This document shows, one piece after another, positions 56,601 to 63,597 of a stretch of DNA of 64,000 nt. Position 1 is the stretch's first letter. The number at the start of each line of letters is the position of its first letter. The stretch is from a virus. Position numbers and translations under genes: made by a program. Location: positions 93,123-157,122 of the IMG/VR virus record IMGVR_UViG_3300014208_000028; one strand, written 5' to 3'. The notes beneath the pieces were generated by a model, which made no database searches, was not told the origin of the DNA, and saw only the letters and a list, made by a program, of their open reading frames with translations.

Positions 56601-59001
56601 CTTTAAAATACTTCCAGCCCGATAAAGTAAGTACTTCTGTATTTATATCACAACAAAGTTTATCACCAATAACAGCTTTTTCAGCAGTTTTAATATATAC
56701 ATCTATATTCTTTTTTGTCCTAACTACATTTACTACTTCGCCGCGCACATGGTTATCATACTCAATACTTCTATTTTTCCAGGGGTTAGATATTTTCTTA
56801 TATAATTTTTTTACTAATAAATCTTCCATAGTAATAGGTTCTTTTTTAAGTAAAGCTATTAACACATCTCCGAATTCTACTATAGCCCCTTTTTTTATAA
56901 TTCCTTCGGCGTCTAATTTATTAAATTGTTCGTTATTAATCGCCGTGGGATATAAAGCTTTGAATTTTCTACTATTTAATTCTATTTCAGTATCTAAACG
57001 TACACTGAACTTATACATATGTTCACTAGTTAATTTCTTAGCCGCCGCGTCAGAAATAACTATACCATCATCAGTATTTAAACCCTTATAACTTAAATAA
57101 GCTACATTAAGATTTTTACCATATGCATAGCTTCCTTCTTTTGTACTATAATTAGTATGAGCTACCATAGTTTCATTAGTGACTTTATCTCCTATTTTAA
57201 CGACTGGAGTTGAAGTCATAAAACCAGACTCACCTAAAGGAAAGTTATTATATAATCCTACTTTATGTATTTTATTATCTTTACCTTCTATTATAATTTC
57301 ATTATTTTTAATATCTTTAACTATACCTTCGGCGGGGGCATATTGATTAGTTAAAATACCTACGAAATCCTCATAACTAGCATCAGAAGTATATTTAGAT
57401 AATGATGTTCTAACTAAAGGGGCTTCAGGCTCTTTAAGGCCGACTGTAGCATGAATCATTTTAGTAGATATCTGTATTCTATTGCCTTGAGTATGATTAA
57501 TAAAAGGTATTAAATTAGTTTCTAACGCGAATACTTGAGTATCATTTAAATGAATATAATCTACTTCAGTGGGTTTAACTTTAACAAAATCTCCTTTCTT
57601 AACCGCGCTGACTAATTTATGTTTAGGAGTAAAAACTAATTTTCCCGCGCCAGTATGTTTAATATTATATTCACTAGCAAATCCAACTATACTTTCATCA
57701 GCCGTAGTAGGATTCATAGTATCTAATTTATTTAATTTTACATTCCAAATATTAATTTTTAGATCTTTACCATCTTTAAAAGCATTAGTCGCTAAATGTA
57801 ATATAGCCCCTGCTCTATCATTGTCAGGAGTATATAAAGGGTCGATAAATCCGAAGGTTGAAGGATTAATAGCTCTAGCTGCATCGTGCAATTGATAGAT
57901 AGATTCTATTCCGCCCTCTCCCAAAGGTGTAATTTTTGAGTTCTCAGAAATGTAACCTAAAGGGCTTGAATGCTCGGCTGCGTTAGATAAACTAGTCTTT
58001 TTAAAAAAGCTTTTAATAGGTATAGAAAAGATATCGTATGTTAATATATCTTTAACTTTATCTTTTCTATTTAAGTTATTCTTTATTTTTCTAGTTATAC
58101 GCTGTACACTGTCTTTTATACGTTTTTCCAAGAAATCATCTGTAGATAATATATTTTTATAGATTAGACTATCTCTATCATCTTGTTTACTATCGCCGCG
58201 AACTACAGCTAATAATTTCTTACTAGTATCTAATAATGATTGTGGAGTTACATGATCATAAGCAGTTCCTAAGTTATGTTTATTGATATCTCCATCCATT
58301 TTAGATTCTTTAAATTTATCTAATATATTATTAACTTGTTCAGTTCTATCTTTACTTTCTATACCAGATATATTTTTTGACATATTGAACATGATAGTAT
58401 CGGTATCGCCTCTATCATTTATTTTATATACTTCTTCTCCCCATGCATTTAAGATATCTTTATCACTTATTCCTAGCCCGCGCAAAAAAGGTAATAGTGG
58501 TGTAGCTTTTATAGAACCATAGATTATAGTTAATCGTCTAGTTTGAGGATCTAATTGAATACCAAATTCTCTTTCTATTCCAGTAGCTAAGTTATACCAT
58601 CCACGATATAATCCATCGCCTTTTTCATGAACATAAACACCAGGTTTTAATCGCATTTGGTTAGGAACCTGATATTCAGTTCCTTCTACTACATATGAAT
58701 ATCTATGAGTAATATGAGGAATATCTAATATTTTAATTTTCTTATTATTATCTATTACTTTACCTTCTTTATCTACTAAGGTTAGATCAGCATATACAGG
58801 TACTTGCCAGCTTCCACCAGTTAATCTAGCATCTTGTTGGGCGCTGATATCATTTATATTATAATTATTATCTTCTACCCATATGTTATTAAGGATTAAT
58901 TTATTTTTATATCCTTCAAAAGGGAATAAGCTTTTAACGGCCCCCAAAATTTTATCGTAAGTATTAGACATTATTTGTTTGTGATCGAAGAATGAACGCA
59001 T
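50617..59001 (-). CDS. rpoBC: Fused beta-beta' multisubunit DNA-directed RNA polymerase with two inteins (2089 aa after splicing)
   Basis: Beta motifs in order (NQMRLKPGVY, FGFIDPLYTPD, IPFINH..GNR, GDKL|TNRVGSKG, RMNVGQVLE, GGQAIG...IKSD) then beta' motifs (IPVIPP.FRP, DVSGRSVI, RDPVLHKFG, ADYDGD, SGAKG, HGARKG, AAQSIGEP..QL.L.AFHTGG). Confidence 0.93.
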   Translation of the reverse strand: MRSFFDHKQIMSNTYDKILGAVKSLFPFEGYKNKLILNNIWVEDNNYNINDISAQQDARLTGGSWQVPVYADLTLVDKEGKVIDNNKKIKILDIPHITHRYSYVVEGTEYQVPNQMRLKPGVYVHEKGDGLYRGWYNLATGIEREFGIQLDPQTRRLTIIYGSIKATPLLPFLRGLGISDKDILNAWGEEVYKINDRGDTDTIMFNMSKNISGIESKDRTEQVNNILDKFKESKMDGDINKHNLGTAYDHVTPQSLLDTSKKLLAVVRGDSKQDDRDSLIYKNILSTDDFLEKRIKDSVQRITRKIKNNLNRKDKVKDILTYDIFSIPIKSFFKKTSLSNAAEHSSPLGYISENSKITPLGEGGIESIYQLHDAARAINPSTFGFIDPLYTPDNDRAGAILHLATNAFKDGKDLKINIWNVKLNKLDTMNPTTADESIVGFASEYNIKHTGAGKLVFTPKHKLVSAVKKGDFVKVKPTEVDYIHLNDTQVFALETNLIPFINHTQGNRIQISTKMIHATVGLKEPEAPLVRTSLSKYTSDASYEDFVGILTNQYAPAEGIVKDIKNNEIIIEGKDNKIHKVGLYNNFPLGESGFMTSTPVVKIGDKVTNETMVAHTNYSTKEGSYAYGKNLNVAYLSYKGLNTDDGIVISDAAAKKLTSEHMYKFSVRLDTEIELNSRKFKALYPTAINNEQFNKLDAEGIIKKGAIVEFGDVLIALLKKEPITMEDLLVKKLYKKISNPWKNRSIEYDNHVRGEVVNVVRTKKNIDVYIKTAEKAVIGDKLCCDINTEVLTLSGWKYFKDLKYSDEVCSWNPITQKIQYDAPELITNYYHKDRMYLVEGDELSICVNAEHNMYIKDINTLLNNYANSKDIYKLVMAKDLDKPFWPRESYCYLKKNSAGGLEDIYLNDTYKSEWIDYDNYIYCCTVPTHIMYVRRNGKECWTGNTNRVGSKGVITHIVPTDQMPRTHDDKIADVLFSPTVITTRMNVGQVLESAASKIADKTGKPYMVENFSGGENYMDKIKAELKKYNLKDTEIMFDPNTDKELGELMFGKQYIVKLKQQVSHKMASRSGGAGESYNINRIPKGSEGGGQAIGHLGLYAMLAHGAPANLLEMNTIKSDYNPEYWEALRLGQPLPPPKIPFSYEKFLGYLKVLGVDTVKEGNLLNLTPLMDRDVTKLSRGAVDAVKAIRGKDQKPEKGGIFDEKLTGGLDGNKWTHISLNDSIPNPVFEDAIVSILGITYETFNNIMAGKLGIDDSNKITKDYKYTTSKAFIKLLDNVNVKADLIKYTAMLDKLSGSELAKVRKRVKILRNLDKLNLSPREAYIRKLIPVIPPVFRPIGLLSSGSPTIDDLNYLYKDISLHNDSLETAKKILTKEDVNESYNNLYTAVKNLELSGSMQAGKKYKGVMEIIKGNSPKEGYFQKALVRERKQDVSGRSVIVPNPALGLDEIGLPIKMAWKIYEPFIMKRLVQAGYKPNEAMKMIDDQHPSAFRTLELEVSKRPLKIKRDPVLHKFGIMAVKPKLIAGDAIEINSMINKGLGADYDGDCYFGMISISYNTANKDIAKYFEENLTGLESCDTLKLSLEDITENKINNQLYNSDNKALEVCNMIDGSTKIVVNDKESFFSNKTIHIKDFPKTGKPEIRGNVELYKVPEGIYIHSYNFETKKIERTMITQYSVHKDLKLVTVKTRGNREVIVSDDMSLYCIDEELNLNKITPANAINKLTPRPRILEGKNLTEVPIDAYYRNNKKDVMGKVSNDKLILNYHTGYVLGLFVGEGWGDGKAINFASVIPEVRDYVKEGLSKYFSDDLSFRDYEQRNQDFCEGKYVSHKVVATSTELSSLIMTLNGHRAGNKHLPPFYLDACEDFRLGLLAGLMDGDGTVSKVQAKSKKKPQYMSNYCTISEILADEVSLLLTSLGIKSGITRTKKTNGVGDAFYVTVSLPDTIQYKDKLVLHHPTKLGHMKDMFEIGFDANSSARNDIVPTNGNALNEITKKYISNKGHSNLYVELRKSIDRGYISRAKALETLNILGENIHNIYKGSMWKDIVLNNHIFWDIVEEITPTTGSVAYDFTVPGSYTFMAANSIILQDTVALFAPVSDKAIGEMGAMLPSSNLFSPRDGGIVYYPTQESTLGIYLMTKEGKHVNKKFSNSESVIAALNKGVISITDMIHIGSKLTSAGRELIAKDLPADTKISYPINSKELIKIVTSIAKDHPESYARIVNNLKDHGFKESYDSGFSLSMKDFGMSDKVNKDIENIWVEAEKKIFGRKLTDHEKISIFNDAKEDADKILKSGLELQADKKDDNHLHTLTISGAKGKWGNLAQILGSVGMVQNIFGEAVPYPIKGNFSKGLDIAEYLAHTHGARKGTASKQKEVKDPGYLSKQLVNTMLDTIVISADCNTKRGINMSTEDPESLDRYLSQTVKVGDDIYNHNTLVTPALLATFKKANIKNIVVRSPLRCELPQGVCQKCMGLDETGHEPKMGTHVGIKAAQSIGEPTVQLSLSAFHTGGVAGKQVDPLTRLQQLLLLPKNVKNKATISRYYGKVENIEPSVMGGYDVFIKSESMKSAVKHWVPRGLELKVHKGNDVKKGQVLSAGFIDPRELLELRGPEATQNYLIDEMRDLMSITGATKRKNFELVVRNIGGMGEVTHAGDNNNYLRGDIVPTSKINYYNKSERFKEIEKSKAIGHKLSEDIPGYSKGTVVTKSMLPKIKLNNVPIELSPIEYKPIIKGINVAPLEIIEDWMAKLNFHHIESSLLNSILYGESSNKHGLNPIPAIAEGIDIQKIMERHNRGEKD
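52738..54366 (-). mobile_element. Intein with LAGLIDADG endonuclease (543 aa) immediately after the RNAP catalytic DYDGD; C-terminus Gln-Asp
   Basis: Starts CYFG; VLGLFVGEG and LAGLMDGDG motifs; block F AYDFTVPGSYTF; ends IILQD before Thr; removal restores ADYDGDTVALFAP. Confidence 0.85.
56170..56655 (-). mobile_element. Mini-intein (162 aa, no endonuclease) in the RNAP beta GDK..R.G.KG motif
   Basis: Starts CCDINTEVLTLSGW, ends YVRRNGKECWTGN, +1 Thr. Confidence 0.9.
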
Positions 59002-59132
59002 ATTATCTCCTTACCTTAATAGAATATCATTCTATTGTATTGGTTAATTAGCGAGTAAATGTATTAGATCCATTCTGGCCCGCTGATTTTAATTATACTT
59101 TTATTATATTTTAAATACAATAATATATAGAT

Positions 59133-59288
59133 AAAAAAGAGACTAATCTCTTTTTCGAGGATAATTTACTACTCTTAAAGAGTTATACTTTATTATCCTT
59201 ACTACGTCTTAGGATTGTATCCTAAAGAACTTAAATAGCTGTTATGAATCTCGTAGCAGATATTAGGTGAGTAGATTGTCCGTAGCTA
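59133..59288 (-). ncRNA. Candidate structured small RNA A (~155 nt)
   Basis: TG-T-TATAAT at 59302-59294, no ORF, several hairpins, terminator hairpin 59134-59155. Confidence 0.45.
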
Positions 59289-59334
59289 TAATTATTATAA
59301 CAATATTTATATTATTTTTTCAGAAATATATAGA

Positions 59335-59439
59335 TAAAAAATAGCTTGTGAGAGGCGGTGGCCCCATAATATTTCTATTATGAGTCTTCCCACAAACTAT
59401 CTTTAGGAAAGTATACTAAGGCCTACCTTCCCACAGGCA
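59335..59439 (-). ncRNA. Candidate structured small RNA B (~105 nt)
   Basis: TG-G-TATAAA at 59453-59445; 13-bp stem with two G-U pairs on the minus strand followed by U6. Confidence 0.45.
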
Positions 59440-59517
59440 TAATATTTATACCATAATTTATATCATTTTTTCGGCCCCGCGAAATATTAATTAAATATAT
59501 AAAAAGAGCCGAAGCTC

Positions 59518-59706
59518 TTATCTCAATATTTGGTCATAGATACTCATAAATTCTGCTATTCTAGCAGTTTTAGGACCTATGACTTTATTAATAACTTGTT
59601 TAAGATCTTCAATCATATTAGGCATAAAGTTTGGAGATAGAATATAATCTAATTCTTTACATTCTCTTTCTTTATACCACCGCAATTTAAACTGTGCTGG
59701 AGTCAT
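59518..59706 (-). CDS. Hypothetical protein (62 aa)
   Basis: GAGGT RBS. Confidence 0.55.
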   Translation of the reverse strand: MTPAQFKLRWYKERECKELDYILSPNFMPNMIEDLKQVINKVIGPKTARIAEFMSIYDQILR

Positions 59707-59855
59707 ATTACCTACACCTCATCAATTCCGTTTGCAATCAAAAATCCGCCAACAATACTTAGTACAAACACGCATACTAAATTATCTAGGTTCATACAAG
59801 CTATTGTTATTGCGCTAATACCTAAAGCTACTTTTAGCATACTCCCCCCCTAAAG

Positions 59856-60515
59856 TTATTGTTTATCCAACCACTTTCTCATTTTATCGATAGCTCTGAA
59901 TATAACTTTAGTATCTCTTTGTATATCCGCATGAGAAAGTATGCTTAAACATTGTTGCATTCCACCTCCATATGCTTTATTTATAATACACTCATTGCAA
60001 TTTTTACATACAGCACATAAAGGGCATCCTTCACACCTTTGTTCTCTATCAATTCTTTCCCAAGACCCAAAGTTTTTATTATAATATAAGGTCTTATGCC
60101 ATCTATTATAAGTATTGTCTAAAGCCTTATACCATTTTTCTTTTTCTTCATTACTCATTCTATCTTCAGAAGGTACTTGTGCGTCTATCCAGTTTTTCAT
60201 ATGTTTTAAAGCTCTATAGATAGGCTTAGTATCTCTTTTATTATCTGCCCGCCAAATAATATCTAAGCATGGAAAAGACCATTCTGTATTTGTAGTTGCT
60301 CCAGATAATACTATAGGACATACAGTACATTTACTTTTATAAGGATCTTGATTTAATCTTTCAGATAATTCGCATATACTACAATTACTGCATCTACTTT
60401 CTACATTTTTTATCTGCCAACTTTTTCTTTCACTATCATAATATAATTTTTTATACCATTTATTAGTTAGTTGTTCTAAGGCAATAGTCCATTGTTTCTT
60501 TTCTTCAGTATTCAT
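59856..60515 (-). CDS. Tandem-duplicated Cys-rich domain protein
   Basis: Two ~105-aa units EEK..W..AL....N.W.K.LYY...C..C..C...C..C.I...C..I...AD..RDTK.I.RA...M..W.D.Q. Confidence 0.75.
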   Translation of the reverse strand: MNTEEKKQWTIALEQLTNKWYKKLYYDSERKSWQIKNVESRCSNCSICELSERLNQDPYKSKCTVCPIVLSGATTNTEWSFPCLDIIWRADNKRDTKPIYRALKHMKNWIDAQVPSEDRMSNEEKEKWYKALDNTYNRWHKTLYYNKNFGSWERIDREQRCEGCPLCAVCKNCNECIINKAYGGGMQQCLSILSHADIQRDTKVIFRAIDKMRKWLDKQ

Positions 60516-60518
60516 TAT

Positions 60519-60701
60519 TTATCCCTTTAAAATTTTATAAATAGCTTCATCTATTCTATCCGCGCCAAAAAATATAAATCCGCCAGATAGAAATAGACAC
60601 ACACTTCCAGCTATATTAGTGAGTAATTCATGAGAGATATTATCTCTCAATAACATATGGCCTATCGCCCAAAGAATCCCTCCTACTAACAATAATCTCA
60701 T
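60519..60701 (-). CDS. Two-TM small membrane protein
   Basis: GGAGGG RBS, two hydrophobic helices. Confidence 0.6.
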   Translation of the reverse strand: MRLLLVGGILWAIGHMLLRDNISHELLTNIAGSVCLFLSGGFIFFGADRIDEAIYKILKG

Positions 60702-60709
60702 CTTCCCTC

Positions 60710-60829
60710 CTACTCAAAATGTTTTAAGAAGTTTATTACTTTGTTTAAAGTAATATGTGGAATTATAAGTATAATTCCTATTATGGCCGCGATTAAAAAC
60801 AATAGATTTAAATAATATAGAAATAACAT
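60710..60829 (-). CDS. Single-TM micro-protein (39 aa)
   Basis: GGGAGG RBS; MLFLYYLNLLFLIAAIIGIILIIPH... Confidence 0.5.
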   Translation of the reverse strand: MLFLYYLNLLFLIAAIIGIILIIPHITLNKVINFLKHFE

Positions 60830-60931
60830 CTATCCTCCCAATTATTTATACCATATTTTCTTAATTTTTATACAGATAAAAAGAGAGTAAAGACATTACT
60901 CTTTACCCTTATTTAAAAATAATTTCATAAT

Positions 60932-61192
60932 AAAAAAGGGGGAGTAGTACTCCTCTTCCCTTTTCATGTATGTATGTATAGAGTCAGAATTTTAGATTCC
61001 GGGTTTCATCAACCCTAGCAGCATAAACGGGTCATCGTATAGCACTTACTCCTATACGACCGGAAAGTTTTTAATCGAGGATTTCAGCCCCGGCAATAAT
61101 TATCTGGATCGTTCCACAACTTATTAACATCATTGTGGCAGGGAAGAGAATTGAAGCTTCCACTCCAGAGAGATGTAAATCGTATCCTCTCA
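60932..61192 (-). ncRNA. Candidate structured RNA C (~260 nt); a leaderless 40-aa ORF is an alternative reading
   Basis: TG-G-TATAAA at 61206-61198, GC-richer, 8-bp and 6-bp perfect stems, terminator 60932-60955. Confidence 0.35.
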
Positions 61193-61223
61193 TATATTTT
61201 ATACCATATTATTTATAATTTTT

Positions 61224-61454
61224 TCATGACTCATCTGTATATATAAGCTTATCTAATTCTATATTTTTATTATTATTATAGAAAAAATCTCTAAAAGCTT
61301 TTCTAGCTAATTGAGGATTTAATGCATAATTAGCGCAGCGACTTATCTCCCTTCCATCCATATACATATTAGTACAAGGAGTAAATTCACCTGAAGGTTT
61401 GTAATTACAAGTATCACAATTTTCAACTATATTTATATCTGGAGTTATGTACAC
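61224..61454 (-). CDS. Small Cys-containing hypothetical protein
   Basis: CDTCNY...C...C. Confidence 0.55.
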   Translation of the reverse strand: MYITPDINIVENCDTCNYKPSGEFTPCTNMYMDGREISRCANYALNPQLARKAFRDFFYNNNKNIELDKLIYTDES

Positions 61455-62357
61455 TTACTTAGCCCTTATTGGATATATATTTAATTCTTCTATTTTAGGA
61501 TATTTATATTCTGCGCCTTGAGCTATTACTACTATATTTTTGGCGGGCTGATAATGAGCATAACAATGAGTATGCCCACACAATACTGTTACTTCTATAT
61601 TAGGATAGTCCTTAAGTTTATCTATAATCTTTCCTAATTGTATGTTAGTAAATAGAGGTAGAAAATTACTATCAGTCGGCTTCATATTATACTTAGCACT
61701 ATCTTCATAAGGTGGAACGTGAGTTAATATGAATAACTTACAATGCTCATCTCCATGTTTATTTAAGAATGTATTTAATTTATTATCAAATTCATTATTA
61801 AATCTGGCCGCGATTTTTTTAACAGATTCAAATAATCTTGGCTTATAATAGGCGAGAGCAAAATCAGTTATAAGATCGAAATCATTTAACCATACTGTAG
61901 TATTTTCTTTAGCTCCAGCACTTATATCATACCACCCTGAAGTACCTATTATATAAGTATCTCTATTATATTTACTTATATTTATATATTCCTCATTATC
62001 TAAATAATGTAATAATGAGCTCCCTATGTCTAAATGCTCATCCTTATTAAATCCCATTTCTTTAGATATTTTACTATCATTATTTTTATTGCTAATATTT
62101 TCAATAGTATTAGCTATAATACTTCCTATCCTACCGCCCCAAAAATCATGATTACCTAATACGAAATATATAGGAATATTAAGTATATTAATCATTATCT
62201 TTAAGTAGTCTATGAAGTTATTATCTACACTATAATTAGATATATCTCCAGTTATAAACAATATATCTTTTTTATTAATAGGCCATTGTTTACATAGTTT
62301 TCTAAAGTTATCTTTACCTATCCATTCTAGATGTAAATCAGTTCCCCAATAGATCAT
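61455..62357 (-). CDS. Calcineurin-like metallophosphoesterase
   Basis: TDLHL, TGDIS, VLGNHD, LTHVPP, LCGHTH. Confidence 0.9.
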   Translation of the reverse strand: MIYWGTDLHLEWIGKDNFRKLCKQWPINKKDILFITGDISNYSVDNNFIDYLKIMINILNIPIYFVLGNHDFWGGRIGSIIANTIENISNKNNDSKISKEMGFNKDEHLDIGSSLLHYLDNEEYINISKYNRDTYIIGTSGWYDISAGAKENTTVWLNDFDLITDFALAYYKPRLFESVKKIAARFNNEFDNKLNTFLNKHGDEHCKLFILTHVPPYEDSAKYNMKPTDSNFLPLFTNIQLGKIIDKLKDYPNIEVTVLCGHTHCYAHYQPAKNIVVIAQGAEYKYPKIEELNIYPIRAK

Positions 62358-62363
62358 AATAAT

Positions 62364-62783
62364 TTACTCAACTGAAAGATTTTTAATATATTCAATTCTA
62401 GTAATACCGTCTATATCTTTATAAGTATCTCTACAAATATTATATTTCTTCATAATCTCTCGGCGCATTTTTCTAATAGCATCAAAAATTGGGCGGCGAG
62501 ACTTAGAAACTTGTGCTTTTTCGCGTATATCATAACAAGGTAAATAATCGGGAGTTTCTTTATATTTAAGTACAGTACATATGGGACATTTAATGCAATA
62601 AGTGTAGTTAGGATACTTATCTATATTTAAATATTGTTTACATAATTCACAAGTCTTAGAATTATCTACATCATGTCCTTTATAAGCAAAGTAGTTATGC
62701 TTTTCACTATACTTATATTTTCTCCAACAAGCTTCAGTTCTATCTAAACACTTTAACATACTAATAACTTCTCTAGTTCTCAT
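62364..62783 (-). CDS. Cys-rich domain protein, third copy of the 59856..60515 unit
   Basis: CELC...CIKCPIC...LPC.DI...A......RPIFDAIRKMR. Confidence 0.7.
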   Translation of the reverse strand: MRTREVISMLKCLDRTEACWRKYKYSEKHNYFAYKGHDVDNSKTCELCKQYLNIDKYPNYTYCIKCPICTVLKYKETPDYLPCYDIREKAQVSKSRRPIFDAIRKMRREIMKKYNICRDTYKDIDGITRIEYIKNLSVE

Positions 62784-62957
62784 TTGATATTTAATCTCCT
62801 ATCTATTTTAATAAATCCATACCATGCACATAGAATGCCGACTACTAGAAAAATTGCCTCAAGCATACCGTATTCTTCATTAAGATATAAACATCTAAAT
62901 CCTATGGTTACAAAAATTACAATTCCTATAAATATATTAGCCATTTATAATTCCTTT

Positions 62958-63278
62958 CTATTTAATCAATTCTACAAATTTAGCAAACTCCATTCTAACT
63001 TCGCGTTCTCCAGCATAATATCTATAACTCCAAGCTAAATCAAAACATTGTTGAAGTTTAGGATTATCTTTTACTCCATACATATCTGCTAAATTATTCA
63101 TTAAATTAAGCTTCTCTTGTCTATGTTTTTCCGCCCTTTCTTTAGCCTCATTTTGTTTCTCAATGGTTTCTCTTTTTTTAGCGACTTCTATTATATTTAA
63201 TAAAGTTAGTGCTTCTTCGTCAGTAAGATTGTTAGGTAAATTTCTTTCTATATATCTCTTCTTTTCTTTTCCGTCCAT
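62958..63278 (-). CDS. Hypothetical protein, paralogue of 63292..63567
   Basis: YGV.DNPKL...(F/Y)D.AW......EV...FA....LIK. Confidence 0.7.
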   Translation of the reverse strand: MDGKEKKRYIERNLPNNLTDEEALTLLNIIEVAKKRETIEKQNEAKERAEKHRQEKLNLMNNLADMYGVKDNPKLQQCFDLAWSYRYYAGEREVRMEFAKFVELIK

Positions 63279-63291
63279 TACTTTTATTCTC

Positions 63292-63567
63292 CTATTTTAT
63301 TAAATCTGCTAAATCTGCGAAATGTATCTCTACTTCATTAAAACCAATCGAATGCCCTAAGTCCCACGCCTTATCATAAAGTAAATCTAGTTTAGGATTA
63401 TCTACGACACCGTACAGTTTAGATATTTCTTTTTTATGAATTTCTTTTTTAATTTTCTCCTCCTCCATCCATTTTCTATTTCTTTCTAGCCTCTGTATTT
63501 CATCAAACTTTTCTCTCTCATCTTCTAACTCTTTTAACTCTTTAATAATATCTTCATATCTACCCAC
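63292..63567 (-). CDS. Hypothetical protein, paralogue of 62958..63278
   Basis: GTG start with AAGGAG RBS; shared C-terminal motif. Confidence 0.7.
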   Translation of the reverse strand: MGRYEDIIKELKELEDEREKFDEIQRLERNRKWMEEEKIKKEIHKKEISKLYGVVDNPKLDLLYDKAWDLGHSIGFNEVEIHFADLADLIK

Positions 63568-63597
63568 AACAATCTCCTTATAAAAATAAAAGGAAGG

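Noticed and set aside
61080-61175. tRNA or two-piece tmRNA, from TTCAATT T-loop-like and GGGGCTGAAA segments
   Set aside because: The T-stem does not pair properly, no matching acceptor stem and no CCA; kept only as an unassigned ncRNA candidate.
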